Source of the DNA: a virus
UHGV virus genome: UHGV-0204983
DNA: 31,722 nt
Strand: one strand, 5' to 3'
In this document: positions 17,450-25,751 of the stretch, piece after piece
How the letters are laid out: each line of letters begins with the position of its first letter
How positions within the stretch are numbered: position 1 is the first letter of the stretch
Program-made: the position numbers and the translations under genes
Notes under the pieces: model-generated
What the model was told of the DNA's origin: nothing
Databases searched by the model: none
The model's input: the letters and a program-made list of their open reading frames with translations, nothing else

Positions 17450-18811
17450 CTAAATAACCGGCAACTTGCCTTTGTCTTTCCAATCAATGAATAAATACCT
17501 TGAGCCATCTATTGAGTGGTCCATGTCCTTTACAAACGAGTCAATACCTGTTTTAATTGATTTAATCTTGTCATATTGGTATGACCTAAACTCTTCTAAG
17601 CTTTCATCAATTCCAGACAAGTCTACGCTAAAGTCTTCATGTATGTTTGTTATGCTGGGTTCTTCTAATATAAACATAAAATCTTTATCAAATAACGATT
17701 GCATATACTCTACACCCTCTCGAACTGAACCGGGATACTTATCCGCTGGGATATTTGGTATATTATCGGCGTCAAGTCTGTTAATGAAATGTAAGGCTTC
17801 ACTATCTACTACGGCGTCATAAATTGGTACATTGCCATATTTCATTTTTAAGTAAACAATAAACCGTCTTAACTGTTCGCTAAAATATTCCGTAGTTGGA
17901 TTTGTACCTAACTTAGCTGGGCTGTGATAATAAGTTTGCAATCTAACTACTCCCCAGCGTCCAGTAACTTTGTTGTATGCTAACGCCCACGGAACGAATG
18001 TTGTTGGGTTACTTGAACCATAGTCTATTCCTATGCCTATTTCACGTATTTTCCAGTTATCAAGGTTTTTAAGTACATTTACCTTATTGAATACCTTGCC
18101 TTCGCTAACTACCCATTTATTATAGATTTTTTGGTCTCTTAACGTCTTTGTAGAAAACATTTTAATAACGTTCCTTATTTTATCTGCAGTGTTTAACTTT
18201 GGATTGTCATAAGGAAAAAATATCAGCTTAGTACAATTCCTATTATCGATATATTTAACTTTATATGGGTGATTAGCTCCACCTTCTACATTGTATGTTC
18301 TAACAAATTTCAAATAAGGGTGTCCTGCATAACTAACCTGACGTCCGACTAATTGGTCAAACGATTCTTGTAATTGAGGCTGGCTATATATTCTCGCCGC
18401 CTCATCTACCCATATGAATATCAAAGGCGCACCTAATATTCGGTTAAATGCTAAATAGTTGTTAAAACTAAAGAAGAAAAACCTAATATTATATATTTCT
18501 AGGTATTTTTCTTGTTGCGACCATTTGAATAAATAATCTTTATCTTTTTTAAAACCTTGTTTATCTAACATTTCAACCATGTTGTCAGCTACATTACGTT
18601 TTAATGCGTCAGTAGTCCAACCAATAATAGCACCATTGAATCTTTCGTTTGGAGCATATTTGTAAAGTGATTCTGCGTATTCTGGCACTGCTAGATTACA
18701 ACTAAAAGTTTTACCACTTTGTGTTGAACCTAATACATCAATTTCCGGTAGATTTGGATTTACTATTAGTTCTCTTAATTTGTTTTGTTTTTTTGATAGT
18801 GTTATTTCCAT
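17450..18811 (-). CDS. terL: Terminase large subunit
   Basis: Walker A GSTQSGKT, Walker B IWVDEA, nuclease GIDYG and DHSIDGSRY. Confidence 0.93.
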   Translation of the reverse strand: MEITLSKKQNKLRELIVNPNLPEIDVLGSTQSGKTFSCNLAVPEYAESLYKYAPNERFNGAIIGWTTDALKRNVADNMVEMLDKQGFKKDKDYLFKWSQQEKYLEIYNIRFFFFSFNNYLAFNRILGAPLIFIWVDEAARIYSQPQLQESFDQLVGRQVSYAGHPYLKFVRTYNVEGGANHPYKVKYIDNRNCTKLIFFPYDNPKLNTADKIRNVIKMFSTKTLRDQKIYNKWVVSEGKVFNKVNVLKNLDNWKIREIGIGIDYGSSNPTTFVPWALAYNKVTGRWGVVRLQTYYHSPAKLGTNPTTEYFSEQLRRFIVYLKMKYGNVPIYDAVVDSEALHFINRLDADNIPNIPADKYPGSVREGVEYMQSLFDKDFMFILEEPSITNIHEDFSVDLSGIDESLEEFRSYQYDKIKSIKTGIDSFVKDMDHSIDGSRYLFIDWKDKGKLPVI

Positions 18812-18941
18812 TCTCTACCATTTCCTTTACACATTCATTTGATGTAATATCTTCTTCGGCTACTTCTTTCTTTGATACTATTATTCCGTTACTATCTTTA
18901 ACTAAGTAACGGTCTTCACCTAATTTTATAAATTTTCTCAT
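18738..18941 (-). CDS. Hypothetical protein (MRKFIKLGEDRYL...) overlapping terL start
   Basis: ATG 18941 after AGGAGG. Overlaps terL by 74 nt. Confidence 0.6.
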   Translation of the reverse strand: MRKFIKLGEDRYLVKDSNGIIVSKKEVAEEDITSNECVKEMVENGNNTIKKTKQIKRTNSKSKSTGN

Positions 18942-18958
18942 ATTATTCCTCCTTATAA

Positions 18959-19158
18959 GCACCGTACCGACTAACATTGCTGGCGGATGGTGCGCCAGTT
19001 CGCTCTCAAATTCATTTGAGCAAGCCACCCGTTATTAGTCAGTACGCCGCCTACAAAGATAGCATTTTGCGGTGGCTTCTAGAATAGAAAGGAAGTGGAT
19101 TTGCCGCCACTGTCTCGAAAGGGGCTGACTTGGTCTTACATCTTTCGAATGCCAAGTG
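18959..19158 (-). ncRNA. Putative structured RNA element (multi-stem, pseudoknotted)
   Basis: 50% GC by hand count in an AT-rich genome. At least six complementary segments. The main stem has G-U pairs on the - strand. Confidence 0.6.
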
Positions 19159-19455
19159 TTATTTTAATTCACTAATTACAAATGCAGTTCCGGTATCTGC
19201 CCACATACCGTAACCATTTTTTAATTTTAGATATTTTCTATCATTATGATATCCATACTCTTTTTTGTTTAAGTTTGTTTTTTTGGTAAAGCCCTCTGGC
19301 GCTTCAACCTCTTTTATTTCTTTTTTTGTAGGTTTCTTTTTAGGCACTTTTATTTCTTTTTTTGTGTTTTTCTTTTTAGTTTCTTTCATTCCTGCGTCTT
19401 TATTTTCTTCTGTTTTTTTAGTTTCTTTCACTTCGTCTTTTTTAATTTCTTCCAT
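19159..19455 (-). CDS. Lys/Glu-rich hypothetical protein
   Basis: RBS AGGAGG. Low-complexity KKE repeats followed by a short globular C-terminus. Confidence 0.7.
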   Translation of the reverse strand: MEEIKKDEVKETKKTEENKDAGMKETKKKNTKKEIKVPKKKPTKKEIKEVEAPEGFTKKTNLNKKEYGYHNDRKYLKLKNGYGMWADTGTAFVISELK

Positions 19456-19540
19456 TATTTCTTTCCTCCTTTAATTATGTAAACAACTTCCATTATGGTT
19501 AATGACAAACAAATGATTAATGTAATGATTACTCCATCGC

Positions 19541-20074
19541 TCATTTTTCTTCCTCCTCATATAACACTTTTTCCAAATTTGAATTATCTGTAACAATTAT
19601 CTTCAAGCTAGGTGTTGATGTTTCGTTGTCTGCGTTATCAAATAGCTTCATATACTTAACAAGCATATCAATAGCCTTAAGCTTGTCGTATGTTTCAATA
19701 CTCTTACCTTCTCTTGTTTGTTTAATCGTAGAGATGGCTTTTTTCTTATCTTCATCTAATTCGCCTGTGTTTTTGAATAGCAATTTATTATTTTTTATCT
19801 CCGCATAATCGGTGCCGTTTGAGAAAGCTATTGCTTTTAGTTCTCGAAGGATATCTTCGGCTTTTATCTCCACCTTTTCGTTAGCTTTTTCAATAAGCTC
19901 GTTATATCTAGCCTTTATCGTGCTTTTAGCGGCTAATTCAGTAGCTCTTCTGTCAATAGTGCTTCTTTTCATATTTTCGGCATTATAACTATTGCGATAT
20001 GCGTCATATTGGCTCATCCCGTCAACTAGATTTCTAACAAACTTTTCTTGTTTAGGAGTTAACATACTAATCAC
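19541..20074 (-). CDS. terS: Terminase small subunit
   Basis: LTPKQEKFV...QYDAYRNSY, ELKAIAFS and YDKLKAIDML (Terminase_2-type). Confidence 0.88.
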   Translation of the reverse strand: MISMLTPKQEKFVRNLVDGMSQYDAYRNSYNAENMKRSTIDRRATELAAKSTIKARYNELIEKANEKVEIKAEDILRELKAIAFSNGTDYAEIKNNKLLFKNTGELDEDKKKAISTIKQTREGKSIETYDKLKAIDMLVKYMKLFDNADNETSTPSLKIIVTDNSNLEKVLYEEEEK

Positions 20075-20465
20075 CTAATTCTTGTTTTAATTTATAATCA
20101 GCCTCAAGTCTAAACCATACTTGATATTCTTCCATTTTGCTAACCACATCACCAGGTAATTGACTTTTTAATCTGTTCATTTCGGCTATTAGGTTTCTGA
20201 AATATGTTTGTACTGTTTTAAAACTATCGTAAGCCTCACGGTCTTCAATTGTTATTTCTTGTACATAGTCTAATGACTCTTGTAGGCTTGTTTCTTTAAA
20301 ACCAATTGACATAAATAATTCAGTTAAATCGTCTAGGCATTTTTGTATTTCTTCATAATAACTTTGTAGTCTTTCATGATTACTATTCCAATTGGCTCCA
20401 ATTAAGTGTCTATGCAATATTTGAATGTTGTTAGCATATATTTTTAACATCATTAGTAAGTTCAT
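20067..20465 (-). CDS. Dps/ferritin-like protein
   Basis: LHRHLIGANWNSNHERLQSYYEEIQKCLDDLTE matches the Dps H-x11-H-x14-D-x3-E ferroxidase spacing. Confidence 0.7.
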   Translation of the reverse strand: MNLLMMLKIYANNIQILHRHLIGANWNSNHERLQSYYEEIQKCLDDLTELFMSIGFKETSLQESLDYVQEITIEDREAYDSFKTVQTYFRNLIAEMNRLKSQLPGDVVSKMEEYQVWFRLEADYKLKQELGD

Positions 20466-20863
20466 TAGATCATCTCCATGTATTTATTGTTTATTTCATT
20501 ACAATAAGCTACTGCTTCTTCTTTATTATCAAATATTTCTTTCATACCTAAACCGTTTGTTACTCGCCATAATTCGTAAACTTCTACTTCTTGGTCTACA
20601 ATAGTGTCTTTATCTCTCTTGTTCCCCGTAATAGTGTTCTTGAATACTTGTGTAGTGACTGTGATTTTATTTAATTTCATGTGTTTTGGAATATCTCTAT
20701 TAAATTCCATCTGAACACGATTAGCCTCATCAACCTTTACATATTCGCATTTACAAATTAATCCTGATATAGGTAGTATTAAAACGTTTCCTTCCGTATC
20801 CTCATATCTTGCTAATTTGTTTTCGATTGGTTTTACATTTTTATTAAATTTTTTTAGTTCCAT
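20465..20863 (-). CDS. Hypothetical protein
   Basis: ORF with RBS AGGAGG in the late operon. Confidence 0.7.
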   Translation of the reverse strand: MELKKFNKNVKPIENKLARYEDTEGNVLILPISGLICKCEYVKVDEANRVQMEFNRDIPKHMKLNKITVTTQVFKNTITGNKRDKDTIVDQEVEVYELWRVTNGLGMKEIFDNKEEAVAYCNEINNKYMEMI

Positions 20864-21188
20864 TTTTTAATTCCTCCTTTAAAATATTATCTATTTCACT
20901 TATTGACAAATAAAGCTGTGGTATTTTATTTGCTTTTTTTAAATTTCGCCAGTGTTTTCTTTCTTCTTTATCCTTAATAGTGCTTGTATTTATCTTTCTT
21001 GATTGAATTATCTCGTACAACGGTTCACTTTTAGGAATACTACTTAATTTACGATTAAATTCAGTTATCCCTATATTCATGAATTCTTCAAAGGACATAT
21101 CTTTATATCTTGCGCAAAAAAATGCATAAGCACTGTTTAAATCTTCCGGATAAGCTAAACAGAAATATGTTTTACTGGCTTTTTTTGG
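20844..21188 (-). CDS. Tail assembly chaperone T segment (A118 Gp15-like), probably reached by frameshift
   Basis: The frame is open to 21200 with no ATG/GTG/TTG until 21098. The segment EDLNSAYAFFCARY..SFEEF...EIIQSRKINTSTIKDKEERKHWRNLKKANKIP resembles Gp15-type chaperones. Confidence 0.65.
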   Translation of the reverse strand, partial: PKKASKTYFCLAYPEDLNSAYAFFCARYKDMSFEEFMNIGITEFNRKLSSIPKSEPLYEIIQSRKINTSTIKDKEERKHWRNLKKANKIPQLYLSISEIDNILKEELKNGTKKI

Positions 21189-21606
21189 GAGTTTTTTCGC
21201 CTAACAACACCTGCCTCAATTCATTACCTAAGCGACTAGCCTCTTCATCAGTTGTTATCTCTAATTCAATAAGGACTTGTTCTGCGGACAAATCAAATAG
21301 TATATTAAATATATTCAGAGCCAATTCTTGAGCACTATCATTTATAAACCCCTGTTCTAGCAATCTGTAGTTAGACTCATCGTAATAAGTTTTTCCATTT
21401 TTAACAACTTTGTCAATTAAATCATCTTTGGTTAATCCGCTTTCCTTCATGTATTTAATCATTTTAATTCTTGCGTCTGCGTTAATATTAGATAATTTTC
21501 TTGCAAATTCTACATTTTTTTTAAATGTTAATTTATCATCATTAACTAAACTAACTATTTCAAAAGTATCTTCATCAATAGTTTTAATTTCAAATTGTTT
21601 TTCCAT
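21172..21606 (-). CDS. Putative tail assembly chaperone G
   Basis: ATG 21606 after GAGGTG. Ends ...ACT CCC AAA AAA AGC CAG TAA, overlapping the Gp15-like frame. Confidence 0.6.
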   Translation of the reverse strand: MEKQFEIKTIDEDTFEIVSLVNDDKLTFKKNVEFARKLSNINADARIKMIKYMKESGLTKDDLIDKVVKNGKTYYDESNYRLLEQGFINDSAQELALNIFNILFDLSAEQVLIELEITTDEEASRLGNELRQVLLGEKTPKKSQ

Positions 21607-21624
21607 TCTATACACCTCATATAA

Positions 21625-21659
21625 ATTATAAAAAAAAGGATGTAACATTTGGTCACATT
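21625..21659 (-). promoter_or_regulatory. Putative activator-dependent late promoter 1
   Basis: AATGTGACCAAATGTTACA, 10 nt, TATAAT, overlapping the end of the activator gene. Confidence 0.7.
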
Positions 21660-21964
21660 CTTATCTTTTTTTCAACACTATTTATTATTCTTGAAATTTG
21701 TTGTCTCGTCAAAGCATAATGTTTAGCTGATATCTTGTTATTAGGCCAGCCTAACAACACTTTCTCAATATATATGGCTTTATCCCGCGAATTTATCTTG
21801 TCTAAATTCTTGTGAAGTTCTTCTATTTTACACTTTAGCGTTTCTAAATTTTTCGATTTAAACGATATATCTTGCTCAATTTCATTTTTTTTATATTTCA
21901 GTAAATCCAATTCGCTCTCCAGAAAAACAAGCTCTTCTCTTAATTTTTGCAGCACTAGCTTCAC
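21653..21964 (-). CDS. Late transcriptional activator (RinA/ArpU-like, sigma70 region-4 HTH)
   Basis: Coiled coil followed by RDKAIYIEKVLLGWPNNKISAKHYALTRQQISRII. Last early gene before the late operon. Confidence 0.72.
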   Translation of the reverse strand: MKLVLQKLREELVFLESELDLLKYKKNEIEQDISFKSKNLETLKCKIEELHKNLDKINSRDKAIYIEKVLLGWPNNKISAKHYALTRQQISRIINSVEKKIRM

Positions 21965-22052
21965 CCCTTTTTAACATTATATTTTTTCCTGTCCACTCCA
22001 ACCACTTCTTGGTATAATTTTTTTTGACACAAAACACCTTTTCATAATTCAC

Positions 22053-22673
22053 CTAAACTGTTGAATTATCTTTAGTAACCCGTATAACTGGGCGGACGCC
22101 GTAGCCATTGCCCACACCAGTGCCCGTAAGCTCACCTGCGAGGAAGACGAGGAACTCGAAAGCGTAGGAATCGCCCCAATTGCTGAAGTGGGACGGCGAC
22201 ATAGTCCAATATCCATATTCATAATTTGACTTTAAAATGTCTTGTGGCAATCTTTCAGCCTCATCTTTAGTTAGTAATCTTACATAATCTTCAGTTGTCC
22301 TTGATTGACCATCAGCACTAACCGTAGTAGTCATTAATTCCATTTTTAGAATATCTAACTCTTTTAAAAATTCACTATTTAAAGTCATTCGGATCGGGCT
22401 ATCTGCCCACCAAATGTTCTTATAATTAGGATTAAATCTAACATCTTTATCACAATCTAAGAGCCTCTTGTCAAAGTATTTAATACATTGTTCGGGCGAT
22501 AGTTTGTCCTTTAAGAACAACGTTAATGTATCATCATCTTCGTCAATGATGTACCAGTCATGATTGCTAAACTTTACTATGTTATATAATTCATTGACCT
22601 CTTCTTTCTTGAGCTTTTCAATCTCTTCAATGATTTCTTTACATTGTTCTTCTAAATCTTTTAATTTTGACAT
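22053..22673 (-). CDS. DUF6273/C-type-lectin-like protein with DGR-type variable region (copy 1)
   Basis: N-terminal coiled coil; WYII, WADSPIR..LN, YVRLLT..E, YWTMSP...GVRPVI. GC-rich NNY-codon VR at 22092-22199. Confidence 0.82.
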   Translation of the reverse strand: MSKLKDLEEQCKEIIEEIEKLKKEEVNELYNIVKFSNHDWYIIDEDDDTLTLFLKDKLSPEQCIKYFDKRLLDCDKDVRFNPNYKNIWWADSPIRMTLNSEFLKELDILKMELMTTTVSADGQSRTTEDYVRLLTKDEAERLPQDILKSNYEYGYWTMSPSHFSNWGDSYAFEFLVFLAGELTGTGVGNGYGVRPVIRVTKDNSTV

Positions 22674-22958
22674 TTAATCACCTTCCTCTTTATATTCGCT
22701 ACATTTCTCAAAATGTTCCTTGTCATTCATGGAGTGCATATTTTCCTTTTGCGTTTTAGAACATCTATACCAACAAGTATCCCCAGCTGATGCTACATTA
22801 GATAATTTATAATGTTTACAATTAAAACAGTTTTTTTTAAATTTATTTGAAATTTTACAAACGATTTGAGGAATTAAAACGATTAAGGTAATTACTATCG
22901 CTAGTATTATTGGAAACATATAATCTCTAAACACTAAATATTTAATTAACTCTTCCAC
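22674..22958 (-). CDS. Hypothetical membrane protein with Cys cluster
   Basis: TM segment followed by CFNCKHY...C..RC...C. Confidence 0.65.
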   Translation of the reverse strand: MEELIKYLVFRDYMFPIILAIVITLIVLIPQIVCKISNKFKKNCFNCKHYKLSNVASAGDTCWYRCSKTQKENMHSMNDKEHFEKCSEYKEEGD

Positions 22959-23210
22959 CTACTCACCTTCCTCTTTATCAATTAATTTCAATAAATTCTT
23001 TAATTTCTCTTTATCGTATTTGTACCATTTATATTTACTTTTTTCTTTAGCACTAGACCATTCAATATTTCCACATTTTGAACAACAATAATGATAAGTT
23101 GTATCTATTACATAACTAAATATTGTTTTAATACCTTTGCCTAAATAAATCATATCTTCATGACAACACATAGATTTTTTAAGCATTATTACCTCTAAAT
23201 AATATTTCAC
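22959..23210 (-). CDS. Hypothetical Zn-ribbon protein
   Basis: CCH...CSKCG. Coupled to neighbouring ORFs. Confidence 0.6.
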   Translation of the reverse strand: MKYYLEVIMLKKSMCCHEDMIYLGKGIKTIFSYVIDTTYHYCCSKCGNIEWSSAKEKSKYKWYKYDKEKLKNLLKLIDKEEGE

Positions 23211-23452
23211 GCATTGGTATCACCACTATATACAATTTTACATTCTAAAGTATCATCATTCCAAAAATGTCTATCATATACTTCGTGATTTTTAGGATTA
23301 CTAACCATTTCCATGACATCTTCACAAATCGTTGTTATAGTTCCAAAATAAATTCTATTATTATATTCTCCAATAACATATAGATGACCGTTTTCATCTT
23401 CTTTAGCATCATTTAATAATTTTATAAACTCTTCTTCACACATTACCATCAC
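23207..23452 (-). CDS. Hypothetical protein
   Basis: ORF overlapping neighbours, with GGTG RBS. Confidence 0.6.
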   Translation of the reverse strand: MMVMCEEEFIKLLNDAKEDENGHLYVIGEYNNRIYFGTITTICEDVMEMVSNPKNHEVYDRHFWNDDTLECKIVYSGDTNA

Positions 23453-23732
23453 CTTTTACTCTTTTTAAGAATGAATTATATACTTTAATTCTTTCTTCAT
23501 AATATTTAGGATGGATTAGTTGCGTTTGGTCTAATGGCTTATTAACCATATCTTCTAAATATTGGCTCATAAATTTAATTGTATTTTCCAACCAACAAAT
23601 AAGTTCTTGTTTTTCTTTTTTTAATTGATTGTTTTCTCGGTGCAGCTCTAAAACTATCTCGTAGACACAATCACTATTTTCAAAGTCTATATTATTCATA
23701 AAAATTATTTCTTCATCACTCACTGATATCAC
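23436..23732 (-). CDS. Hypothetical coiled-coil protein
   Basis: ENNQLKKEKQEL pattern. Coupled ORF. Confidence 0.6.
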   Translation of the reverse strand: MISVSDEEIIFMNNIDFENSDCVYEIVLELHRENNQLKKEKQELICWLENTIKFMSQYLEDMVNKPLDQTQLIHPKYYEERIKVYNSFLKRVKGDGNV

Positions 23733-24033
23733 CTTTTAATATTTCTAATAAATCTAGCAATTCCCATTTTGAAAATCCCATATTAACAATACCCACTTGC
23801 TCTCTTTTAAACCACTCATGTTCTATATATTTAATGGCCTTATCTAGTTGCAATTGTAATTGTTCGTCTTCCTGCTGTAAATTTTCATCTTTTATGTAAT
23901 CAGCATTAGACTTTATTACATTGAATTTAATTTTATGTTTAACAAAATAATCAAACAATTTGTTTAATTTAATATCTTTGACATTTATAAATTCAACCAC
24001 AAATTTTATTTTTTCCTCGTTTAATTCACTCAT
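23716..24033 (-). CDS. Hypothetical protein
   Basis: ATG 24033 after GGAGG. Ends LDKAIKYIE...LLEILKGD. Confidence 0.65.
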   Translation of the reverse strand: MSELNEEKIKFVVEFINVKDIKLNKLFDYFVKHKIKFNVIKSNADYIKDENLQQEDEQLQLQLDKAIKYIEHEWFKREQVGIVNMGFSKWELLDLLEILKGDISE

Positions 24034-24067
24034 ATTGACCTCCACAAATATTTAATAAATCTTTTTT

Positions 24068-24325
24068 TCATTTGTTTGCCTCTAAACGATAAATATTTTC
24101 AAATTCTATTTTATATCTTAGGCACATTTCAGGATTGTTTTGTTCGGTAAATACTCTTATGCCATTCATAACTTCTGAGATGTATTTATCCTTATTATCA
24201 ACTAAAAGTTTATGAAACTTTGTCGTCCAAGCTTCGATTTCCTCTTCAACTTCATTAGCTATCTTTCCGGCTACAGCTTCTTTTATTTTTGAAACCATAT
24301 AATCATCTTTAGTCATTACTATCAC
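24068..24325 (-). CDS. Hypothetical protein
   Basis: Coupled ORF. True start possibly at 24316. Confidence 0.6.
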   Translation of the reverse strand: MIVMTKDDYMVSKIKEAVAGKIANEVEEEIEAWTTKFHKLLVDNKDKYISEVMNGIRVFTEQNNPEMCLRYKIEFENIYRLEANK

Positions 24326-24569
24326 CTTTTAATATTTCTAAGATTTTTCTCGATACGACATCTTTACCATCGCAGTATTCACACATATCACTTTTTAAAT
24401 AACTTTTTTTAATATCATTGCAATAATTTTTAATAGCTTTAATTATTGATTTTAGTTGCTCATTTTCTTTTTTAAAAAAACATAATGGACAATATATTTT
24501 TCCCTCAAAACCTTGTGCGTGAAAGTTATCAAATCCTTGCCCACATATGTCACACTTCCATTTACTCAT
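24309..24569 (-). CDS. Hypothetical Zn-finger protein
   Basis: CDICG...YCPLC; ends ILEILKGD. RBS GAGGTG. Confidence 0.65.
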   Translation of the reverse strand: MSKWKCDICGQGFDNFHAQGFEGKIYCPLCFFKKENEQLKSIIKAIKNYCNDIKKSYLKSDMCEYCDGKDVVSRKILEILKGDSND

Positions 24570-24579
24570 ATAACACCTC

Positions 24580-24699
24580 TTAATCTACCTTTCTGTAAAA
24601 ATGCTTATAATTCCCACGATTTAACGATTTAAGCATACTTACTAACAACTTTTCTTTATCAATTTTTAATTCAACCTTATAACCTAATTCTTCAAACAT
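24580..24699 (-). CDS. Short ORF or gene remnant (MFEELGYKVELKID..., 39 aa)
   Basis: Hand translation fills the gap. The in-frame upstream KSAKE suggests a lost original start. Confidence 0.35.
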   Translation of the reverse strand: MFEELGYKVELKIDKEKLLVSMLKSLNRGNYKHFYRKVD

Positions 24700-24712
24700 T
24701 TCCTTTGCACTC

Positions 24713-24913
24713 TTATTGCAATTGATATGTGTCATAAGCATTTCCTTCATTATCCAAATTAAAGATAATCACGAATCCATTATCACTCTTAGATTCAATT
24801 ATCCACTCATTATCGTCTTTGCCCATGCTCTCAGGATCATGAATAATTATTTCATCAAAAGATTCGCTGAATTGGAACTCCTTTTTTAACTCTTCAAATA
24901 ATTCTTTCACCAT
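24713..24913 (-). CDS. Acidic hypothetical protein
   Basis: RBS GGAGG, coupled to the upstream ORF. Confidence 0.6.
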   Translation of the reverse strand: MVKELFEELKKEFQFSESFDEIIIHDPESMGKDDNEWIIESKSDNGFVIIFNLDNEGNAYDTYQLQ

Positions 24914-25203
24914 TATTTTTCCTCCATCAATTCTCTTTTAGAAATATAATCAACGCAATAAGATAGACATCGTCCGTTTACATACAATCTATTTTCCGAA
25001 TTTTTAATCTTATAACAATCAGTAACCCAATCCCTTTTTAAATATTCATTGAATTTTGTTTTATTATCGAATCTCAAAATTGATGTCCCATCGTTAAAAT
25101 TTAACATATAAATCCTTACTCCGTACTCTGCTAAGTCTCCAATAATTTTCCAATTGGAATCATCTTTTAAAAATTCTTCACGCTCTTTTTTATTCTTTAG
25201 CAT
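24913..25203 (-). CDS. Hypothetical protein
   Basis: LKNKKEREEFLKDDSNW N-terminus. RBS GGAGG. Confidence 0.65.
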   Translation of the reverse strand: MLKNKKEREEFLKDDSNWKIIGDLAEYGVRIYMLNFNDGTSILRFDNKTKFNEYLKRDWVTDCYKIKNSENRLYVNGRCLSYCVDYISKRELMEEK

Positions 25204-25408
25204 TGTTCTCCTCCTCTACAAACTCTTTAGGTATTAATCCTTCATCTGCCATTACTTTTTTTAACCAATAGCTTTCACTTCTTTTAACATCAAGTTCTTT
25301 TTTTAGTTTCCCTAAATTATGAGCTAAAATAATTAATACAATTGCACATAACGCAAATAAAATCTGTTCTAGCATATTACACGTCTTCTTTCTATAACAT
25401 TTCTTCAA
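25190..25408 (-). CDS. Hypothetical membrane protein
   Basis: Single hydrophobic segment ILFALCAIVLIILA. Start uncertain. Confidence 0.55.
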   Translation of the reverse strand: MKKCYRKKTCNMLEQILFALCAIVLIILAHNLGKLKKELDVKRSESYWLKKVMADEGLIPKEFVEEENNAKE

Positions 25409-25751
25409 TTTCTAAAATGACTTTATTTTTATCTCCATAAACAACTTTGTCAGTAAAGCCAATAACATATTTACGACTATCATCTTTTAATTTTTTGTAT
25501 TTAACCATCGAATCTAAAATGAATTTCCTAGCGAAAACAACATTATCTATGTCACGTCTATGGTTGCTTTCTATCCAGGTAAAATGAATTTTAACAGGAT
25601 TATTATATTTAGGCATTTGAATTATATAAAGTCCTATCTGTTGCTCAAGTTCTGATTTAATCTTATTCGCTAAATATTTGTTAGCTCTACATGCCCTTAT
25701 ATAATCATTTAAACTTGGTAACTTAATTGGTATTTCAAATTTTTTGTTCAT
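25392..25751 (-). CDS. rusA: RusA-like Holliday junction resolvase
   Basis: LPSLNDY, RRDIDNV...KFILDSM...LKDDS catalytic Asp/Lys pattern. Confidence 0.85.
   Translation of the reverse strand: MNKKFEIPIKLPSLNDYIRACRANKYLANKIKSELEQQIGLYIIQMPKYNNPVKIHFTWIESNHRRDIDNVVFARKFILDSMVKYKKLKDDSRKYVIGFTDKVVYGDKNKVILEIEEML

Noticed and set aside
18942..19028. N-terminal extension of ORF 18738..19028
   Set aside because: The strong RBS precedes ATG 18941. The extension runs through the structured element and has no RBS.
18959..19158. Hammerhead, HDV-like, pistol ribozyme or c-di-GMP-I riboswitch
   Set aside because: Only fragments resemble these families (CUGACUA, GCGAA, CAUUCGAAAGA, GGCAAA). The required cores and element order are not met.
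9521..21631. + strand ORFs in the track opposite structural and packaging genes
   Set aside because: These are antisense shadows of well-supported - strand genes, lacking RBSs and recognisable motifs.
21977..22045. 22-codon ORF after VR gene 1 (MKRCFVSKKIIPRSGWSGQEKI)
   Set aside because: Too short and featureless to support despite a plausible RBS.
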